From Candidatus Heimdallarchaeota archaeon (GTDB taxonomy: Archaea; Asgardarchaeota; Heimdallarchaeia; Heimdallarchaeales; Heimdallarchaeaceae), in the NCBI GenBank assembly GCA_019057375.1, contig DXJF01000046.1, forward strand, positions 1 to 34,071: a stretch of DNA of 34,071 nt, given 5' to 3'. Made by a program: the position numbers and the translations under genes. Below are positions 28,838-34,071 of the stretch, piece by piece (within the stretch, counting starts at the first letter, position 1; every line of letters starts with the position of its first letter). The notes under the pieces were generated by a model. The model saw only the letters and a program-made list of their open reading frames with translations, had not been told where the DNA came from and ran no database searches.

Positions 28838-29812
28838 ATGAGTGTGAATAGTGAGTGCCCCATTTGTTTCAGAAATATTCGCTCTACTTCTAAATTTTGT
28901 AAGTATTGTGGGGGTCCTCTTAAGAAGTGTCCTGAATGTCAAAATCTGAATAAAGCAGAAGATCTTTTTTGTGCTGAATGTGGTTATGATATCAAAGACG
29001 TTGAAGTACCAGTCTCAACTCCTTCGCAAGTTGCTGGAAAAACAGGTGTTTTTCAACCAATCATTCAACGAACAGCTGGACAAGAGGATGAGGATTCCCA
29101 GCCTAAACTTATACTTTGGCCACCTTTACCTGCTCAACAGCTAAGCAGACCCGCTCATTCTAGAACATTACTTCCTGCTCAGAGGGCTACATATTTTACT
29201 GAAGTTGAACCAACTTATGAGCCTGAAAAGTTAGAGTATAAATACAAAAAAATCAAGTTTATAGGTTTTCTTGAAGGATCACTCCCCAGTTCAAATGCTT
29301 TAGCTGCTACTTTGGAAGCTTTTGGAATCGCTTTAATTCTAATTGCATTTGGTGTAGGTGTTGTAGCAATAGGATTAACTACTTTTAAGTCAGAGACTTT
29401 TGCAGTAATTTTGGGTATAATTGGAAGTATTTTCGTCTTTTCAGCTCCTATGTTTGGTTTATATTTTATTAGCTCAAGATGGCTTTACAGAGCATTTGAA
29501 ATAAAAAGACCAGTTCGATTAAGCACAGTAATCATGAATTATTCTCTAGGAGTACTAGTATTTGCTCTACTAGGTTTAATGTTAGCCCCAGTTTTCCTGT
29601 TAGGGGGAGCTATTGGTTGGACTCTTTCAATAATAGGAGGAATTGTAACAGTTATGGGCTTAATTGTTGTTCCTTTAAAAGCTTATTTGGCAGATTTAGT
29701 TTATGTTAAAGCAGCTGTAAATCAAAAGAATAAAGAAACTGATAATGATTCAGAAGAAGAATCTGATGAAGAAGAATCTGATAAAGAAGAATCTGATAAA
29801 GAAAAAGATTAA
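28838..29812 (+). CDS. Double zinc-ribbon membrane protein with C-terminal TM helices and an acidic tail
   Basis: Four CxxC pairs (CPIC, CKYC, CPEC, CAEC), a Pro/Gln-rich linker, about 4-5 hydrophobic helices and an acidic end. ATG 28838 is preferred; the track start is 28799, in the same frame. Confidence 0.8.
   Translation: MSVNSECPICFRNIRSTSKFCKYCGGPLKKCPECQNLNKAEDLFCAECGYDIKDVEVPVSTPSQVAGKTGVFQPIIQRTAGQEDEDSQPKLILWPPLPAQQLSRPAHSRTLLPAQRATYFTEVEPTYEPEKLEYKYKKIKFIGFLEGSLPSSNALAATLEAFGIALILIAFGVGVVAIGLTTFKSETFAVILGIIGSIFVFSAPMFGLYFISSRWLYRAFEIKRPVRLSTVIMNYSLGVLVFALLGLMLAPVFLLGGAIGWTLSIIGGIVTVMGLIVVPLKAYLADLVYVKAAVNQKNKETDNDSEEESDEEESDKEESDKEKD
29753..29797 (+). repeat. 15-bp tandem repeat x3 encoding (E/K)EESD in the acidic tail
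   Basis: gaagaagaatctgat gaagaagaatctgat aaagaagaatctgat. Confidence 0.9.
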
Positions 29813-29848
29813 GGAGTGCTATATTATTTTCTAATGATTAGAACTCCA

Positions 29849-30430
29849 TTAAGCCAGTTTTTTAATTAATTTTACCTTAGTAGCTGAATCATCTGTCTCA
29901 ACAATACCACTGTTTCGCAGATCATGAAGCGATTTAATAATGGCTGCAGGCGAGAATCCAGTGGTTTTAACGAGCTCATCCCTTGTCCATTCTTCCTTGT
30001 CGACACCTTGGAGTAACAAGAGAATTTTAGTGTGGGGATTAGCTGCAAAGACCTTTTCAAAAAGAATGGTATAGATAGCTAGAAGATCTTGTATTTCAAT
30101 ATCTTCAGCTCTTTCTTGAGCCATTTCTTCATACATCTCACGCAATCCCTTCATCTGATTTTCGACACTTTCAAGCTTGGTTTTATATTGATTAGCTTCT
30201 TTCAAAGCTTCTTCAACAGAATTATCCTTTGTTTCATATTCTGTTTTGATTTTAGTGAATTTGTTTTCTATTTCCTTAAGTTTAAATTTCAAATCAGAGT
30301 TTTCTTTAACTATGTCATCAGAATAACTAGAAAGCTTTGTTAATACTGTTGGAAGTTCTGCGAATTTATCTTTAATATGTGAGTAGAGCTCAATGAAATC
30401 TTCTAAGGGTGTTTTAGTTGTACCTTCCAT
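29849..30430 (-). CDS. Coiled-coil protein with a C-terminal winged helix-turn-helix (193 aa)
   Basis: Heptad-rich central region ('ENSDLKFKLKEIENKF...LESVENQMKGLREMY'). C-terminus 'KILLLL...WTRDELVKTTGFSPAAIIKSLHDLRNSGIVE' fits a wHTH pattern. Confidence 0.7.
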   Translation of the reverse strand: MEGTTKTPLEDFIELYSHIKDKFAELPTVLTKLSSYSDDIVKENSDLKFKLKEIENKFTKIKTEYETKDNSVEEALKEANQYKTKLESVENQMKGLREMYEEMAQERAEDIEIQDLLAIYTILFEKVFAANPHTKILLLLQGVDKEEWTRDELVKTTGFSPAAIIKSLHDLRNSGIVETDDSATKVKLIKKLA

Positions 30431-30450
30431 GATGTTTAGACGTGAATTTC

Positions 30451-30464
30451 CTTTATTATAAAAG
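30451..30464 (-). promoter_or_regulatory. Candidate TATA box (TTTTATAA on the minus strand) for the coiled-coil/wHTH gene
   Basis: Lies about 26-33 bp upstream of ATG 30430, the spacing expected for a leaderless archaeal transcript. Confidence 0.3.
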
Positions 30465-30575
30465 TTGTCTCTGTCTTCTTCTCTCCTTACTAAGAATTCA
30501 CATTAATTACAAGAGTATAAGAACAATACAAAGGAAGTACAGGGGTTTTTATACTCAACTCCAACTTAACTAAGG

Positions 30576-31829
30576 ATGGTAAAAGTACTAAGAGTAGAAT
30601 GTATAGAAGTGAAGTATCATCAAGCGCTAAGTAGACTCTGCCATCAAGTGAAAAATCTCTACAATCGAGCGAATTATTTAGTGAAAACCACCTGGGAAAA
30701 GGATGAAAAACTCCTCTATTATTATGATCTTAATTCAATCATTAACCACGAAACATGTTATAGAGTACTTCCAGCACATACAGCTCAGCATACTCTCAAA
30801 CTTCTCACTCGAAACTGGAAAGGGTACTTCGAAGCTAAAAAAGAATGGCGAAAAAATCCCTCAAACTTCTTTGCTATGCCCCGTCCACCAAGCTACAAGG
30901 CTAAAAATGGTGAAGTTGTAGCCATTTTAACCAACCAACAAGCTAGGATAGTTAATGGGTGGCTTATCTTACCCAAGAAAGTGCCTTTCTTCTATAAAAC
31001 TAGGCTCACTTGCGCTACCAAACTTCAAGAAGTAAGAATTGTTCCAAGAAGGGTAGGGTATACCATTGAACTTGTCTACCAGAAAACCATACCCAAACCA
31101 AGAAGGAAATCAAAACGAAAAGGAGCAATCGATTTAGGGATGGTTAACCTTGCAACTTTTGTGGATAACCTCGGGAATAGACCGATTGTTGTCAAAGACA
31201 CAGGGAAAGGAATAAAATCAATTACACAGTATTATTTAAAAAAACAAACTCATCTACGAGCACAATATGTGCAACAACAACTAAAGCAATTGAAACAAAA
31301 AAATAGACTGCGTTATGGTCCGGCGTATTATAAGTTGCGGGAAGACTGGCGTAAGAAGATGAAGGATTCTCTCCATAGACTCACAAGATTTTTAATCGAT
31401 CTGTGGGTGAAACGGGAATTAGACGAAGTGATTATAGGGTATAACCCTTTGTGGAAGCAAAGAGCTCATTTTTCGAAAAAAACCACTCAGATGTTTGTCA
31501 CAATCCCTTATCTTAAGCTCATTAAGTTATTGAAATACAAAGCTGCAGAAGTTGGAATTATTGTTGAAACCATTCCTGAAGAATACACGTCTAAATGCAG
31601 TTTTCTTGATAACGAATTTCCGGAAAAGCACCAAAACTACGCAGGGAAAAGAGTGACTCGTGGACTCTTTAAATCTTCCCTTGGAATTTACATTAATGCT
31701 GATGTAAATGCAGCCTTTAACATTTTACTCAAAAGCGATCCGCAAGCATTTCCTCAACGAAGTGTGGGCGGGGTAGGAGGATACGTGATGTATCCACTCA
31801 GAGTGAGCTTACAAGCAATGAACCTCTAA
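30576..31829 (+). CDS. tnpB: IS200/IS605-family RNA-guided endonuclease TnpB
   Basis: 'LCHQVKNLYNRANY', 'AQHTLKLL..NWKGYF', 'PRPPSYK', RuvC-I 'AIDLGMVN', 'YTSKCS', RuvC-III 'NADVNAAFNI'. Confidence 0.92.
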   Translation: MVKVLRVECIEVKYHQALSRLCHQVKNLYNRANYLVKTTWEKDEKLLYYYDLNSIINHETCYRVLPAHTAQHTLKLLTRNWKGYFEAKKEWRKNPSNFFAMPRPPSYKAKNGEVVAILTNQQARIVNGWLILPKKVPFFYKTRLTCATKLQEVRIVPRRVGYTIELVYQKTIPKPRRKSKRKGAIDLGMVNLATFVDNLGNRPIVVKDTGKGIKSITQYYLKKQTHLRAQYVQQQLKQLKQKNRLRYGPAYYKLREDWRKKMKDSLHRLTRFLIDLWVKRELDEVIIGYNPLWKQRAHFSKKTTQMFVTIPYLKLIKLLKYKAAEVGIIVETIPEEYTSKCSFLDNEFPEKHQNYAGKRVTRGLFKSSLGIYINADVNAAFNILLKSDPQAFPQRSVGGVGGYVMYPLRVSLQAMNL

Positions 31830-31900
31830 GAAAGACTCTCTACTATCCTTGTCAATGACGATAAGGTGATTACTACACATCATTAATCTTGTGTAAATAC
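31700..31900 (+). ncRNA. Putative TnpB omega-RNA scaffold overlapping the tnpB 3' end
   Basis: It is established that TnpB omega-RNAs derive from the element's right end. Two hairpins are seen just after the stop codon. Boundaries are inferred. Confidence 0.35.
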
Positions 31901-31950
31901 TAGGGGAAGTTGGCAAAAACTTATTTAACCTCCTTCAAACCGATTAAAGC

Positions 31951-32658
31951 ATGGACTCGATTATACTCTGCGGAGGACTAGGAACTAGAATCCGGACTGT
32001 AACTCAAGATAGTTATCCAAAAGCTATGATTGAGATCGTGGGAAAAACCATTTTAGCTTGGGAATTATCATGGTTAAGAAAATATAACATAACTCATGCT
32101 ATTTTAGCTGTAAGATATTTAGCGGGATATATTGAAGAGCAATTTGGAAAAGTATATGAAACACCCTATGGGCCTATAGAAGTTAGTTATAGTAAAGAAA
32201 AAGAGAAACTCGGCTCAGGAGGAGCAATAAATCTAGCACAGAGTTTTGTATCGAGTAATAATGTTGTTATTATGAATGGGGATATACTGACTAATTTCAA
32301 CCTTGATGAACTTGTAAAGCATCACATTGGAAGCAAAGAACTTGGAACAATAGCTGTTGTTAAGATGAAAAGTCCATTTGGAATCGTTGAAATAGAGAAT
32401 GATGATTGTATATCTGAATTCAGAGAGAAACCTATACTAGACCACTGGATTCATGCAGGTATTGACATGTTCAAAAGCGATATTTTAGATAGATTTCCTA
32501 AACAAGGGCAAATGGAAGAAACAATTTTCGTAGAGTTAGCAAAGGAAAAACAACTTAAAGCTTTCAGAGTTGATCCCAAATTCTATTGGAGAAGCATTGA
32601 TAGTCCTAAAGATCTCCAAGAAGCTGACAAAGAATGGAAGGGAATAGATTTAGAGTAA
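31951..32658 (+). CDS. NDP-sugar pyrophosphorylase / nucleotidyltransferase (mannose-1-P guanylyltransferase-like catalytic domain only)
   Basis: 'ILCGGLGTRIR...PKAMIEIVGKTIL', 'EKEKLGSGGAI', 'MNGDIL', 'FREKP', 'WRSIDSPKDL'. Confidence 0.9.
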   Translation: MDSIILCGGLGTRIRTVTQDSYPKAMIEIVGKTILAWELSWLRKYNITHAILAVRYLAGYIEEQFGKVYETPYGPIEVSYSKEKEKLGSGGAINLAQSFVSSNNVVIMNGDILTNFNLDELVKHHIGSKELGTIAVVKMKSPFGIVEIENDDCISEFREKPILDHWIHAGIDMFKSDILDRFPKQGQMEETIFVELAKEKQLKAFRVDPKFYWRSIDSPKDLQEADKEWKGIDLE

Positions 32659-33459
32659 AATATTTGAAGTAGAGGGATCCCAATCAAATCTTTTTTGGAG
32701 AAATGGTGATTCGAAACTAATCCCTTTGTAAAGTAATTCAGCTCCAGAATTTTTCTGAGCTTGAAGACAAAAACGGAGATGAGGTTCCAATTGAATCTTC
32801 TCAGTAAGGTAATTTGACATCATGATTTTTGCATACCCTTTTCGCCGATATTTTTGCTTAGTACCTACTCCGTATAGTCCAATATAGTTTTTATCCTTAA
32901 ACGAGCAGAAGCAGCTCACATCCTTATTAGAAACCTTACCTACATAGAACTTAATCCCGTTCTCATGTTGCTTCTTTACCATAGAAGTAATGTATTTTTT
33001 AAGATGAGATGGGTAGATAAAAGAATCAAAAAAGACAGATATCCAACGATTAACTTTCTTCAGGGAGAGTAAGTCAATTTCTAGAGATGAATGGGGAATA
33101 AGTTTATCTTTGTTTTCTCCCTTCCATGACATTACAACAGTATCTAAATGATACTGGATTAGTTTCTTATTTCTCAAAATCTTTGAATTCTTCTGGTAAG
33201 TATCATTATTATACACTTTGACAATATAGTATTCCTTACCATCTAAGAAGTAAGAATGTGTGAAGTCTAGAAAATCTTGGAAATTTTCATCTCCATATCT
33301 TGTTGGAACAACGTAGCTGTAAGTTTCAATGGATTTATTTTTTATGAAATAACCTAACTTATTTAATACAACTTCAGAATCTGGCATATAATAATAAAAA
33401 CCATATTCATTCAAGTCTAATAATTCCCTTTCACTTGGAATTGTATTTTCGTTAGTCAT
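32650..33459 (-). CDS. GNAT-family N-acetyltransferase
   Basis: Acetyl-CoA-binding motif A 'LYGVGTKQKYRRKGYAKIM' and 'AELLYKGISF'. Overlaps the convergent nucleotidyltransferase by 9 bp. Confidence 0.8.
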   Translation of the reverse strand: MTNENTIPSERELLDLNEYGFYYYMPDSEVVLNKLGYFIKNKSIETYSYVVPTRYGDENFQDFLDFTHSYFLDGKEYYIVKVYNNDTYQKNSKILRNKKLIQYHLDTVVMSWKGENKDKLIPHSSLEIDLLSLKKVNRWISVFFDSFIYPSHLKKYITSMVKKQHENGIKFYVGKVSNKDVSCFCSFKDKNYIGLYGVGTKQKYRRKGYAKIMMSNYLTEKIQLEPHLRFCLQAQKNSGAELLYKGISFESPFLQKRFDWDPSTSNILL

Positions 33460-33520
33460 TTCTGATAGTCTTTTTACCTAACAAAAGATAAATCTTGCTT
33501 TTAGGTAATTTTTACTCGAG

Positions 33521-33537
33521 CAAAAAAGATTTAAAGT
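33521..33537 (+). promoter_or_regulatory. Candidate BRE/TATA promoter (caaaaaaga-TTTAAAG) for the 98-aa gene
   Basis: An A-rich stretch followed by TTTAAA at 33530-33535, about 30 bp before ATG 33565. Consistent with an archaeal short-leader promoter, but AT-rich background lowers specificity. Confidence 0.35.
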
Positions 33538-33564
33538 GTCTTTTTTTCTGCATTTTGAAGTTCA

Positions 33565-33861
33565 ATGAGCGTCAGATACGATAAAGATACAAGAAAAGCT
33601 TTCTTCAAACAGGTTGGAAAGGGTTTAGGAGGAGCATCAATCCTATTAATTTTATTGGGGTTCTATTTAGGTTGGGACGGATTTTACTACTGGTTCTATA
33701 ATAAACTCTTCAACATCCCCAAAGAAGTAAGAGTAGGTGACCCTCTTTTGATAATCTGGCTAATTATTCTATTTCCACTACTTGCATGTGGTATTGTTAT
33801 GTTGATATCTGGTGGAATAAAAGCATACAGATTAGCAATACCTGCTAAAGAGAAAGAATAA
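33565..33861 (+). CDS. Small two-TM membrane protein of unknown function (98 aa)
   Basis: ATG start, two hydrophobic segments, a TATA-like TTTAAA about 30 bp upstream and a T7 tract at 33874-33880 downstream. Confidence 0.7.
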   Translation: MSVRYDKDTRKAFFKQVGKGLGGASILLILLGFYLGWDGFYYWFYNKLFNIPKEVRVGDPLLIIWLIILFPLLACGIVMLISGGIKAYRLAIPAKEKE

Positions 33862-34071
33862 CATCTCTCTAACTTTTTTTGGTTGTGGTGAATCAAATAC
33901 CATGGATGTAAAATTGAACTCTTACAGAAACTTCTAGAGCAGATTTCTCTGTTCGTTTCAAAGAACTAGAATCTGTTGAATGTGAAGAATTCCTTTGCTT
34001 GTTTGCTCGATATCTGGAATCCTTCATGTTCACCACTTGAATTGCTAGTACTTCATAAGCTTACAAATTCA

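Larger units (their letters stand above)
30540..31900 (+). mobile_element. Solo-tnpB (IS1341-like) IS200/IS605 element; ends not precisely defined
   Basis: tnpB with no tnpA in the window. Downstream imperfect hairpins: cctt-gtca-a-tgac-gat-aagg (31847-31866) and tacaca...tgtgta (31874-31895). Confidence 0.55.

Overview
An AT-rich, densely coding archaeal window, most likely from an Asgard archaeon. That assignment is inferred from gene content (Rab-like GTPase, Alba, topoisomerase VI, tubulin/FtsZ-family proteins, a CD36-like protein) and is not proven. The main feature is a 4205-aa topoisomerase VI subunit B. It has an intact GHKL/H2TH/transducer core (~570 aa), then ~3500 aa of tandem RNA-polymerase-alpha-CTD/Rad51-N-like helix-hairpin-helix units, then a Lys-rich tail. 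It is translationally coupled to top6A and lies beside an Alba gene with its own Lys-rich tail. Other notable features: (1) a putative operon of a CPBP-like membrane protein, a Rab-like GTPase and a HEAT-repeat protein; (2) a two-TM CD36/scavenger-receptor-B-like protein with an inserted LVIVD beta-propeller; (3) two paralogous, highly divergent tubulin/FtsZ-fold proteins, one keeping GGGTGS and one an apparent pseudo-GTPase, both with a similar amphipathic N-terminus; (4) pyruvate kinase; (5) a solo TnpB with a rearranged RuvC-II and degenerate Zn finger; (6) a nucleotidyltransferase and a GNAT acetyltransferase. No rRNA, tRNA or CRISPR array was recognised. All family assignments come from motif recognition by eye, with no database searches.
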